A DNA stretch of 64,000 bases. It comes from a virus. Its lineage: Duplodnaviria > Caudoviricetes. Within the stretch, counting starts at the first letter, position 1. Each line of letters opens with the position of its first letter. Below, one piece after another: positions 57,021-64,000 of the stretch. The notes beneath the pieces are model-generated. The model searched no databases. It saw only the letters and a list, made by a program, of their open reading frames with translations, and was not told where the DNA came from. The position numbers were made by a program, and so were the translations under genes. The stretch is taken from positions 2,107-66,106 of IMG/VR virus record IMGVR_UViG_3300035201_000245; one strand, written 5' to 3'.

Positions 57021-57327
57021 TTTGATTATCCTTATTAATAAAATCAACCCATTGTTGATTATCCTTTTGGGTTCTTAATACAGGTCCACTAGTCTGAGGA
57101 AACCTCATCATCAATTCTTTATCTACTATTTCTGTAATCTTATCTTGTAATTGTTGCTCTGCTTTCTTTTCTGCACCAGTTATCATACCAAGTAAAAAAC
57201 CTCCAGTACCAATAAAAGCATACAAAAATGCTGCTACTGCTAGGTAATGAGGTATCTTACCACCAACAAACTTCTGGATCGCACTCTTCTCATTAGGATC
57301 CTTCAGTTTCTTTTTTAAGTTCATCAT
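57007..57327 (-). CDS. Small membrane protein
   Basis: Single TM. Confidence 0.6.
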   Translation of the reverse strand: MMNLKKKLKDPNEKSAIQKFVGGKIPHYLAVAAFLYAFIGTGGFLLGMITGAEKKAEQQLQDKITEIVDKELMMRFPQTSGPVLRTQKDNQQWVDFINKDNQNGNP

Positions 57328-57329
57328 AG

Positions 57330-57623
57330 TCATAATGCAGGATACTCATCACCCAAATTAGCACAGTCAACTTCTACATCATCAATACTACAAGTCACAT
57401 TATTAGGATCAAAGTTATCATCCAATAAACGATTAGGAAAATACTTACGTGGTTCCATCATCGTTTTAATAATACGTTCAACCTGATTTTTGTCTTGTCC
57501 AGCCATCATAATACAATTCTCCAAGCAAAGTAAAATACATTGTTTATCTGTCCAAGGAACTCTTTCCTGGAATCCATTCTCCTTACCCTTTGGATAATGA
57601 AATTTGGGTTCAAATAAAGCCAC
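57330..57623 (-). CDS. Hypothetical protein
   Basis: Coupled ORF with GTG start. Confidence 0.55.
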   Translation of the reverse strand: MALFEPKFHYPKGKENGFQERVPWTDKQCILLCLENCIMMAGQDKNQVERIIKTMMEPRKYFPNRLLDDNFDPNNVTCSIDDVEVDCANLGDEYPAL

Positions 57624-57823
57624 TACTTCTTAGCAGTACACTTGTATAGTTTAGCACAAACCGCAGCAAGAACAACCACCCCAACTAAGATACCAAAATC
57701 ACGAACTCTATTGTCTGGGGGTGCTACTACTTCCTGAACTGCTTCTTTCACTTCAATAACTTCTACTGCTGCTGGTACTACATCTGCTCCTGCAGATACA
57801 GCACTTTTAATAATCTTGTCCAT
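57623..57823 (-). CDS. Small membrane protein
   Basis: C-terminal TM. Confidence 0.6.
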   Translation of the reverse strand: MDKIIKSAVSAGADVVPAAVEVIEVKEAVQEVVAPPDNRVRDFGILVGVVVLAAVCAKLYKCTAKK

Positions 57824-57825
57824 TG

Positions 57826-58092
57826 TTATTCTCCTGAGTTAGTTAAAATTACATCAGCACATAAGTAATGCATTGGTGCTCTAGGATCTATATCAACACC
57901 ATAGCGTTTCATTTCACCACAAGTCTTAATACGACCCAAATCGTAATCCAATTGTCGATTCATTAACAATTGCTCCTTCATTTTTTTATCAGGACCCTTA
58001 TCAAGAACATTCCCAACAAGACAAGCACCCCATGCTACAGCAGTTGCTATAGCAATAACATTAACTGTTGTCTGATTCAAATACTTTTTCAT
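57826..58092 (-). CDS. Membrane-anchored protein sharing a domain with 55355..56428
   Basis: LDYDLGRIKTCGEMKRYG...LCADVILTN. Confidence 0.65.
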   Translation of the reverse strand: MKKYLNQTTVNVIAIATAVAWGACLVGNVLDKGPDKKMKEQLLMNRQLDYDLGRIKTCGEMKRYGVDIDPRAPMHYLCADVILTNSGE

Positions 58093-58095
58093 AGT

Positions 58096-58560
58096 TTACT
58101 CCACTAAAGTTCCATGTGCTCTACGAATCTCACGAAGTGCCTCAAGGTTCATATCCTTGGTTCCACCATCATAAGCGTGAGCATATCCCTCTTCGATCAT
58201 TTGTTCGTTAAGAGAAACTGTATCCTCATTTATATATAACCATCCCAAAAGTCTACCGTACTTACCTACACCACCTTCTAGTTCAGTTCTAACAGTAAGT
58301 TCATCTCCATCACCTGCAATAGTATCTTCTAACTTTTTCTTCAACCAGTTAGTAGCATCTATTCCCAGTGCCTTCTCTTCCAAGTTTCTTGTTCTCTTCT
58401 CTGGCGTATCAACTCCTGCAACTCTAACTCTTTCTTTCTTGAATAAATCAAACCCAAGATCAATGGTGACATCAATAGTATCCCCGTCAAGAACACGGTT
58501 AATCTCTGTTACTCTGAAGTTGTAGCAGCTCTTCCTGCTCGGTGGGGTCATCGCTCCCAT
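58096..58560 (-). CDS. Thermonuclease (SNase-like) family endonuclease
   Basis: RVLDGDTIDV.IDLGF...RVRVAGVDTPE...GKYGRLLG...N.QMIEEGYA. Confidence 0.9.
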   Translation of the reverse strand: MGAMTPPSRKSCYNFRVTEINRVLDGDTIDVTIDLGFDLFKKERVRVAGVDTPEKRTRNLEEKALGIDATNWLKKKLEDTIAGDGDELTVRTELEGGVGKYGRLLGWLYINEDTVSLNEQMIEEGYAHAYDGGTKDMNLEALREIRRAHGTLVE

Positions 58561-58885
58561 TGTAGATCTCCAAATTAGCTAGTGCATTATTTATAGAGTC
58601 TTCAGGGTCAGTTCTTGTTTTCTCTGCTTCATGTTCTCTTATTCTGTTTATCATCTCACCTACACTAGGCCATGGACTTGCCTCTACCTTGGGTGCAAAG
58701 TATCCAGCACCAATAACAGCAAGAACCACTGTACCCAATAGGGTAACAGCGGCTACTACCTTCTCATTAGCACGTACTCGTGCCGTAAGTTCTTTTTGTT
58801 TTTCGATTAAAGCATCAACCTTTGTATGGAGCACCGCTATGTGTGCATCAACCTTCAGATCCTCTAGTGTTTTGTCGCTCATCAT
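58499..58885 (-). CDS. Membrane protein with coiled coil
   Basis: Coiled coil followed by TM. Confidence 0.6.
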   Translation of the reverse strand: MMSDKTLEDLKVDAHIAVLHTKVDALIEKQKELTARVRANEKVVAAVTLLGTVVLAVIGAGYFAPKVEASPWPSVGEMINRIREHEAEKTRTDPEDSINNALANLEIYNGSDDPTEQEELLQLQSNRD

Positions 58886-58988
58886 TCATTTCAAGGTAAG
58901 CTAACCTCATTATATAGTAAATTGACCAAGATACACCACCTAATAATATACCAATCATTATGTTGACGCTCTGGACAACTTCTTGCAT
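58848..58988 (-). CDS. Small membrane protein
   Basis: MQEVVQSVNIMIGILLGGVSWSIYYIM; ATG overlaps the petE stop. Confidence 0.55.
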   Translation of the reverse strand: MQEVVQSVNIMIGILLGGVSWSIYYIMRLAYLEMNDERQNTRGSEG

Positions 58989-59332
58989 TAGGATACGTGA
59001 ATAACGCCTTTCATTCCAGCACCAGCATGAGGCTCGCATTGGAATTCATAATCACCTGGTTCATCAAATGTTACTGTGAAACTTTCTCCACCTGTAAACG
59101 CAAGGTCTGGGTGTGATAGTTCTGGATGATCTGCTACCACAAAATTATGTGGGGGTAGATCTCCGTTAGTGACGGTGACTGATTCACCAGCAGCAATAGT
59201 AAGTTCGCTAGGATCAAATACCAAATTGCCGTTGGAACCCATAGTAATTTCGGCTGCATAAGCCATCCTCGGCATAAAAATAACCGCTGCAGATATTAAC
59301 ATGATCCACAGGGTTTGTATAAATGTTTTCAT
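58988..59332 (-). CDS. petE: Plastocyanin
   Basis: Signal peptide; LVFDP, PHN, Y.F.CEPHAGAGMKG copper ligands. Confidence 0.95.
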   Translation of the reverse strand: MKTFIQTLWIMLISAAVIFMPRMAYAAEITMGSNGNLVFDPSELTIAAGESVTVTNGDLPPHNFVVADHPELSHPDLAFTGGESFTVTFDEPGDYEFQCEPHAGAGMKGVIHVS

Positions 59333-59511
59333 CTTATAGCACTGAATAAACTGCCTTCTGACAGTATACAGTCTATACTATTTGGATGAGAATGTAAATA
59401 TGGTACGTCTTGTACTGCTTGATTTCTTGCTGAGAAAGCATCCTCTGCATATTCACAGATGCTTTGGTGATGCCTAGATTCATCTAGGTATTGAACGGTA
59501 TAGTGGGACAT
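59329..59511 (-). CDS. Conserved cyanophage small protein
   Basis: MSHYTV.Y.D...ICEYAED...A..DVPYL..HP; GGAG SD. Confidence 0.65.
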   Translation of the reverse strand: MSHYTVQYLDESRHHQSICEYAEDAFSARNQAVQDVPYLHSHPNSIDCILSEGSLFSAIR

Positions 59512-59571
59512 GATCTTTCAACTCCACGTTACCCAAATATTTATTTTACTTATGAGTAATATTAACTATTT

Positions 59572-59847
59572 TTATGTTGACTCGCTGACCTTATATTCAA
59601 AGAAGACTTCACCCTCATTTCCATACATAGCAACTCTCCAACCACCATCTTCATTCGTCCAAACCTCCTTAGAAGTCTCTGCACCAGTCTTAGTTGCTAC
59701 CAACCAAGTTCTTTCCCACTGTTGTTCTTCCTTGTTATAATGAAAACCCTTCTCTTCTAACTCAGCAATCTTTGGATCTGGTTCATCTTTAGTTGCTGGT
59801 TCATTCCATCCATAGAATAGATTTTTAAACCAATCGATAAGGGTCAT
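59572..59847 (-). CDS. Hypothetical protein
   Basis: ORF track; coupled. Confidence 0.6.
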   Translation of the reverse strand: MTLIDWFKNLFYGWNEPATKDEPDPKIAELEEKGFHYNKEEQQWERTWLVATKTGAETSKEVWTNEDGGWRVAMYGNEGEVFFEYKVSEST

Positions 59848-60047
59848 CCATTTGCCTCCTTAATTGCTTCTACAATAACTCTTTTAAGTTCGTTACGCTT
59901 TTTCTTACCAAGTCCTGCTCTAGTATCTATCTGTACCTTCAACCAATAAACAAAAGCAAGAACTAAAATAAATTGAATGCCTTCACCCCAAGATAAATTC
60001 CACGCTTCATTAAGATCAAGGGATGCTGCTGCTAACGTGTTTAACAT
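59844..60047 (-). CDS. Small membrane protein
   Basis: EAWNLSWGEGIQFILVLAFVYWLK. Confidence 0.6.
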   Translation of the reverse strand: MLNTLAAASLDLNEAWNLSWGEGIQFILVLAFVYWLKVQIDTRAGLGKKKRNELKRVIVEAIKEANG

Positions 60048-60071
60048 TATATTAATATACAAAACAATACT

Positions 60072-60100
60072 AGTATACCAACAAAACTAAATTGCGTCAA
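60072..60100 (-). promoter_or_regulatory. Sigma70-type promoter
   Basis: TTGACG-17nt-TATACT. Confidence 0.75.
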
Positions 60101-60128
60101 GATGGTCATAAAGAACATCCCAAAGGTA

Positions 60129-60359
60129 TTATAAGACTTGGACGACTCCTTTGACATCTGGTATCTCGATCATTAATTTCTTTTCTATTCCCATCTTTAA
60201 TGTCTGAGAACTCATAGCACACGTAGAACATGCACCACCAAGTCTTACCTTAACCCATCCTTCTTCTGTCTCAACATATTCTAACCACCCACCATCTGCT
60301 TCGATGTAGGGTAATAATTCATTAAGAACTTCAACAACATTACCATCATTCAATTCCAT
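60129..60359 (-). CDS. NifU/Nfu-type Fe-S cluster carrier
   Basis: PYIEADGG...VKVRLGGACSTCAMSSQTLKMGIEKKL...IP. Confidence 0.9.
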   Translation of the reverse strand: MELNDGNVVEVLNELLPYIEADGGWLEYVETEEGWVKVRLGGACSTCAMSSQTLKMGIEKKLMIEIPDVKGVVQVL

Positions 60360-60517
60360 TACAATAAAATTGCTCCAATAATAAATCCTTTTGCAAATGA
60401 AATAACAAGCATTTGATAATCAGTCAGGTTAAACTTGTCCTGAAATTTCTTTGCTAGGTTTCTATCCCAAGCAACGACTTTATCAAATGCTTTCTGTGCT
60501 TTGTCTGGTAATCCCAT
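60359..60517 (-). CDS. Small membrane protein (52 aa)
   Basis: Manual translation MGLPDKAQKAFDKVVAWDRNLAKKFQDKFNLTDYQMLVISFAKGFIIGAILL; TAATG coupling to the NifU-like gene. Confidence 0.7.
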   Translation of the reverse strand: MGLPDKAQKAFDKVVAWDRNLAKKFQDKFNLTDYQMLVISFAKGFIIGAILL

Positions 60518-60526
60518 TAGTTTTAA

Positions 60527-60820
60527 TTAAAGGTTTTCTTCTTCACCCAACTGAATCTTACAATCCGATGTTGGATATGCGACACAAGTAAGAACAAATC
60601 CATCATCTACCTGATCATCATCAAGGAATGATTGTTCAGATTGATCTACAGTTCCTTCCAAGACCTTACCAGCACATGTAGAACAAGCACCAGCACGACA
60701 GGAGTAAGGAGCATCAGCACCTTCCTCCTCGGCTTTGTCTAGAATATATTCATCATCTGGACACTGAAAAGTTGTTTCGTTACCTTCAGTATCTACAACT
60801 GTAACTTGATATGATGCCAT
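60527..60820 (-). CDS. petF: Plant-type [2Fe-2S] ferredoxin
   Basis: [14 protein letters not shown]...QSFLDD...VLTCVAYP. Confidence 0.97.
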   Translation of the reverse strand: MASYQVTVVDTEGNETTFQCPDDEYILDKAEEEGADAPYSCRAGACSTCAGKVLEGTVDQSEQSFLDDDQVDDGFVLTCVAYPTSDCKIQLGEEENL

Positions 60821-60855
60821 GAGTAATTCCTATCATTCGAATGATATTTATTATA

Positions 60856-61320
60856 TCACTCTTTAGGAGGATTTGTCGATTGTTGTGGAGTCAAGACCAA
60901 AGGTGCTTGCTCAATTCTAATTGTCTGAGCAGGTGCTGCTTCAGTTGCCTTAGCAATCAACTTCTCCATATCTGCTTTAGATATAGATCCATTAGGACCA
61001 CTACCACCACCCTTGTCCATCTTCATAGTACCATCACCCTTTTTAGATGCTGTCTGAATTCCGAAGCTAGCTAAAACTCCAGTAAACACCGAAGCAATGA
61101 ATGTGGGATCTATTTTTTGCTGTGGAACTCCAGGTATGGCCACGTAATTTAAAGTCAAAATCCCTCCCGACCACACAAGAACTCCGATTCTCACCATAGT
61201 ACTGATGATTGCGGCTTGTTCTTCAGCGTCAGGAAGGATAGCGGCTTTTGCTTTAGCAAGAAGACCTTTCTTTTTTTCTTCTTTATGCTCTTCTAATTCT
61301 TCTTTTACTTCTTCGGCCAT
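60856..61320 (-). CDS. Conserved cyanophage 2-TM membrane protein
   Basis: VR.GVLVWSG.ILTL...KIDPTFIASVFTGVLASFG. Confidence 0.75.
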   Translation of the reverse strand: MAEEVKEELEEHKEEKKKGLLAKAKAAILPDAEEQAAIISTMVRIGVLVWSGGILTLNYVAIPGVPQQKIDPTFIASVFTGVLASFGIQTASKKGDGTMKMDKGGGSGPNGSISKADMEKLIAKATEAAPAQTIRIEQAPLVLTPQQSTNPPKE

Positions 61321-61350
61321 AAGAACAGGAGTGACTATTCTTATATATGC

Positions 61351-61638
61351 TTAAAAAGGACTTGCAGGTGCGTCAGGTGCAGCTGCTTGTGGAGCAACAT
61401 CAGGATTAGTTGTAGGAGAAAGATCATTAGCACCAGTAGGAAGTGCATCTCCACTTACGGCAGATCCACCAAGTGCTCCACCCAATCCACCAGAACCACC
61501 CAATACAGCTTCAAGAGCTTGAGACTTAATATTATCAATGAGTTGATCTCGCTGTACGTATACATATATACCACTGCCAACAACGGCAAGAGATACAACG
61601 CTAGACGCAACAGCAAGTACATTTACTACTTTTTGCAT
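61351..61638 (-). CDS. N-terminally anchored membrane protein
   Basis: MQK..NVLAVAS..VS..VVG.G.YVY. Confidence 0.7.
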   Translation of the reverse strand: MQKVVNVLAVASSVVSLAVVGSGIYVYVQRDQLIDNIKSQALEAVLGGSGGLGGALGGSAVSGDALPTGANDLSPTTNPDVAPQAAAPDAPASPF

Positions 61639-61656
61639 TTTATTTAAACGAGTATG

Positions 61657-61911
61657 CTATTTAGTATAGTATGCTTTATAATAACTGACAAGCCCATTAG
61701 TGGTCGATTGTTTACCTGACCACTCATGAGCACATTCATAAATCGATTGAGCAGGATTTGATCCACCAAAGTTTGCCATCAACAACCTCAAAGAATCCTG
61801 TCTCAATTTAAATTGTGACTCTGTTATTTCATCATCCAAACTATTAAAATATGCTTGTGCTTCACCACATACTATAGTATCTGTTTCATCGTAAGTGATG
61901 TTGTTTTCCAT
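61657..61911 (-). CDS. Hypothetical protein
   Basis: LRQDSL..L...FG.....IYECAHEW. Confidence 0.65.
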   Translation of the reverse strand: MENNITYDETDTIVCGEAQAYFNSLDDEITESQFKLRQDSLRLLMANFGGSNPAQSIYECAHEWSGKQSTTNGLVSYYKAYYTK

Positions 61912-62006
61912 TAAATTAATCCTAAAGATCCAGCAGTTAGTCCTATGCTAACAAAGAAACCAAATTCTATCAAGTCCCTGTAAGGACTCATTAACATATC
62001 GGTCAT
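61911..62006 (-). CDS. 31-aa TM micro-protein
   Basis: MTDMLMSPYRDLIEFGFFVSIGLTAGSLGLI; coupled at both ends. Confidence 0.6.
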   Translation of the reverse strand: MTDMLMSPYRDLIEFGFFVSIGLTAGSLGLI

Positions 62007-62107
62007 AGTCTTTTATCGTAAGTGAAAATAGTAATTAATATTGCCAGACTTCCGCCTATTACCACAGTTAAAAACATTCCCATTGTACAATGATGTAAAA
62101 GATTCAT
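62003..62107 (-). CDS. 34-aa TM micro-protein
   Basis: MNLLHHCTMGMFLTVVIGGSLAILITIFTYDKRL; ATGA overlaps. Confidence 0.55.
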   Translation of the reverse strand: MNLLHHCTMGMFLTVVIGGSLAILITIFTYDKRL

Positions 62108-62178
62108 TGTAATACAAATTGTGCTCCGTTAAAATAAACGTAGGCTGCTAATGTGGATAGAAAAAATACTTGATACAT
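62104..62178 (-). CDS. 24-aa TM micro-protein
   Basis: MYQVFFLSTLAAYVYFNGAQFVLQ; GGAG SD; ATGA overlap. Confidence 0.55.
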   Translation of the reverse strand: MYQVFFLSTLAAYVYFNGAQFVLQ

Positions 62179-62179
62179 T

Positions 62180-62386
62180 TTATGCTCCTGCAGGAACTGT
62201 AACTGGTACAGGTTCCATTTGGCCTACCCGTATACCTTTACCTCCGCCAAAATCATCATCGTCATCATCATTAAATCCACCACCAGCAGCTGCCCAGAAT
62301 CCAAGTAGTATAAGTACAGGGATAAAAGGGAATACTAATGCCCATATTGGTGAGACTGATTCAGTAGCGTATATTAATTCGCCCAT
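62180..62386 (-). CDS. Small membrane protein with DDDDD-GGG motif
   Basis: TM followed by NDDDDDDFGGGKG...PV. Confidence 0.7.
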   Translation of the reverse strand: MGELIYATESVSPIWALVFPFIPVLILLGFWAAAGGGFNDDDDDDFGGGKGIRVGQMEPVPVTVPAGA

Positions 62387-62440
62387 TTTGTTTTGATTCG
62401 GAGATAAAGTTACGAGTAATTATTTAGTTTTGTTACATTT

Positions 62441-62614
62441 TTAGAATAGGAATATACCCCTAGACTGAAAGAACATATGAACCGCAGGGTTATGGAGGTA
62501 CTGGTAATAGAATTCTAAACCAAGTACTCCAGTTACCCATGCAGTATATGCTAGTCTTGCAGTCAATAAAAGTTGTGGATCAATTCCTCTTCTCTTTATT
62601 GACGATGTGGTCAT
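62441..62614 (-). CDS. 57-aa membrane protein, possibly a divergent Hli
   Basis: Manual translation MTTSSIKRRGIDPQLLLTARLAYTAWVTGVLGLEFYYQYLHNPAVHMFFQSRGIFLF; TAATG coupling. Confidence 0.55.
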   Translation of the reverse strand: MTTSSIKRRGIDPQLLLTARLAYTAWVTGVLGLEFYYQYLHNPAVHMFFQSRGIFLF

Positions 62615-62721
62615 TAGAAAATACCAGGAATGATATTTCCAGTCATAACGTAATTGATAATTAATATATTAAAACCAATCATTGCCAAACGGCCATTTGT
62701 TAATTCTGCTTCTTTAGTCAT
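62614..62721 (-). CDS. hli: High-light inducible protein (35 aa)
   Basis: MTKEAELTNGRLAMIG...TGNIIPGIF; AGGAG SD. Confidence 0.9.
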   Translation of the reverse strand: MTKEAELTNGRLAMIGFNILIINYVMTGNIIPGIF

Positions 62722-62792
62722 TTGTTTGCTCCTTTCGTTAGATTTGAGGGTTAGAAAGTCACCTGTTAAGGTGGGTGTAAGAGACCTGAATC

Positions 62793-62978
62793 TTAAAAGA
62801 TGCCAGGGATGATTTGCCCAGTAGTAACATAGGCTCCGACAGCGGCTACAAAACCGATCATTGCCCAACGTCCATTAGCCATTTCGGCTGCAGGACCATA
62901 CTCTTCTTCGAGTACTTCCATACGGGGTTCTTTGGCGTACATGTTTTGTCTTCCGCCGTCTTCCGTTGTAACAGTCAT
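62793..62978 (-). CDS. hli: High-light inducible protein
   Basis: AEMANGRWAMIGF...TGQIIPGIF. Confidence 0.95.
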   Translation of the reverse strand: MTVTTEDGGRQNMYAKEPRMEVLEEEYGPAAEMANGRWAMIGFVAAVGAYVTTGQIIPGIF

Positions 62979-63005
62979 TTAAGTTGTGTTAAGAAACGTA
63001 ACATA

Positions 63006-63035
63006 ATTATATAGCAAACATTAAATTTACGTCAA
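63006..63035 (-). promoter_or_regulatory. Sigma70-type promoter of the hli cluster
   Basis: TTGACG-18nt-TATAAT. Confidence 0.65.
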
Positions 63036-63059
63036 GTATTTGTACCTATTCCCTAACAT

Positions 63060-63296
63060 TTAATATGCGTTATTCTCGTAAAATCTTTTTAATTCTTTAA
63101 CAAATTCTTTCTGACCACAATATCCATGAGCATCTCCTTCAGCAGACTGATGATAGTGGGTATGCATTACTTCTACCATAAGAAAGAAAGTAAGACCAAA
63201 CATGGGTAACATCCATAACGGATGTCCGAAGACCTCACAAAACTCTTCGTAGTATTTACGAAAAGGTGTCTTCTCGTATTGTTTCTTATCTGCCAA
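63060..63296 (-). CDS. Small membrane protein
   Basis: TM followed by His-rich HTHYH...AHGYC. Confidence 0.55.
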   Translation of the reverse strand: MADKKQYEKTPFRKYYEEFCEVFGHPLWMLPMFGLTFFLMVEVMHTHYHQSAEGDAHGYCGQKEFVKELKRFYENNAY

Positions 63297-63328
63297 GATA
63301 TTTTAGCAAGTATATTATATTATAACAT

Positions 63329-63354
63329 AAAAAAAGGGACCCGAAGGCCCCTTT
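63329..63354 (-). terminator. Intrinsic terminator
   Basis: GGGGCC-TTCG-GGTCCC-TTTTTTT. Confidence 0.85.
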
Positions 63355-63376
63355 ATATGCGTTATCTGATTAGAGA

Positions 63377-63763
63377 TCAGAATGTGAACTTAGCACCAAG
63401 CTTAGCAGTCCAGTCGATTTCGTCGTCGCCATTGGAAGCCTCATCAGTAATACCAGCGAGTTCGCCGTATACTCCAAGGTTCTCAGTAGCAGCTACGCTA
63501 ACGCCAACTTTACCAGATATTTCAGTTTCAGAACCGTCAGTTCCGTCTACAGCAGTGAAGGCAGGGCCAATCTGTGCATAGAAGTCAGCACTTTCGCTGA
63601 GTGAACCTTCGTAACCTACGTGAAGATCTGTAGTAGCGTTGTTGTACTCTCCATCAGGATATGAAAGATTGCTCTCTACATTCACGTAAGGACCAGCAAA
63701 AGCGGCTCCAGCGAGTACGAAAGGTGATGCAGCTAGTGCTGCGATTGTTGATTTGATAGACAT
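63377..63763 (-). CDS. Outer-membrane beta-barrel/porin-like protein
   Basis: Signal peptide MSIKSTIAALAA...AFA-GPYVNVE, alternating beta strands, C-terminal KFTF. Confidence 0.75.
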   Translation of the reverse strand: MSIKSTIAALAASPFVLAGAAFAGPYVNVESNLSYPDGEYNNATTDLHVGYEGSLSESADFYAQIGPAFTAVDGTDGSETEISGKVGVSVAATENLGVYGELAGITDEASNGDDEIDWTAKLGAKFTF

Positions 63764-63907
63764 GATTGTTTTTTTTATATCTCGCAAGGAAAAACCCCAC
63801 GGATGATAGCACCCCCGACAAGGGTACTGTTTACATTCGCCGCAGGGTACGATAATTTCGGGCCTTTGACTTGTAACTGTCACATTGTATAGTGTGACGG
63901 TTGATAT

Positions 63908-63941
63908 TATTTATATTAACATATGTGTAAAAACATGTCAA
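63908..63941 (-). promoter_or_regulatory. Composite sigma70 plus late promoter
   Basis: TTGACA-17nt-TAATAT overlapping TATAAATA. Confidence 0.8.
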
Positions 63942-64000
63942 TACGTGACGACCAGAGATGTGGGTGTCACTCTTGTTGCTGTTGTGCTGCAGAATTTTCG

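Noticed and set aside
62614-62868. 84-aa ORF suggesting an hli fusion or frameshift
   Set aside because: The true gene starts at 62721 with a clear AGGAG SD; the extension is an off-frame overlap with the upstream hli
63967-64000. Possible 3' end of an upstream minus-strand gene (..ENSAAQQQQE*)
   Set aside because: Too little sequence in the window to fix the frame or product

Overview
This is a 64 kb segment of a T4-like marine cyanomyovirus, most similar in organisation to P-SSM2-type Prochlorococcus/Synechococcus phages. Coding is almost all on the minus strand. 1-25 kb is a large accessory tail-fibre/receptor-binding island: an array of paralogous 'GNAxDFGDL' repeat proteins, mosaic fibres, chaperones and a 1803-aa structural protein, punctuated by near-identical intergenic direct repeats. 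25-41 kb holds a manA-like structured RNA and the baseplate/tail module (gp5, CP12, gp27-like, tape-measure-like proteins, gp26/gp51, gp54-like, gp4, gp2, gp48, gp53). 41-53 kb holds replication, late-transcription and nucleotide genes (gp32, gp59, gp33, Cas4-like exonuclease, phoH, thyX, purN, glutaredoxin, talC, purC). 53-64 kb is a photosynthesis/membrane island (psbA without adjacent psbD, petE, NifU-like, petF, hli genes, porin-like protein, many micro-ORFs). Three signals stand out. (1) An apparent nitrogen-sensing module at 46.7-47.23 kb: an NtcA box over a sigma70 promoter, two interlocked glutamine-II/Downstream-peptide-like aptamers, a 52-aa ORF nested inside the second aptamer, and a DUF4278-like small protein. 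(2) A probable programmed -1 frameshift (T TTT TTC) fusing the gp26-like and gp51-like ORFs, as in lambda gpG/gpGT. (3) DNA-level conserved repeats that bracket or punctuate the fibre genes. All family assignments are from recognition of sequence motifs, not from database searches.
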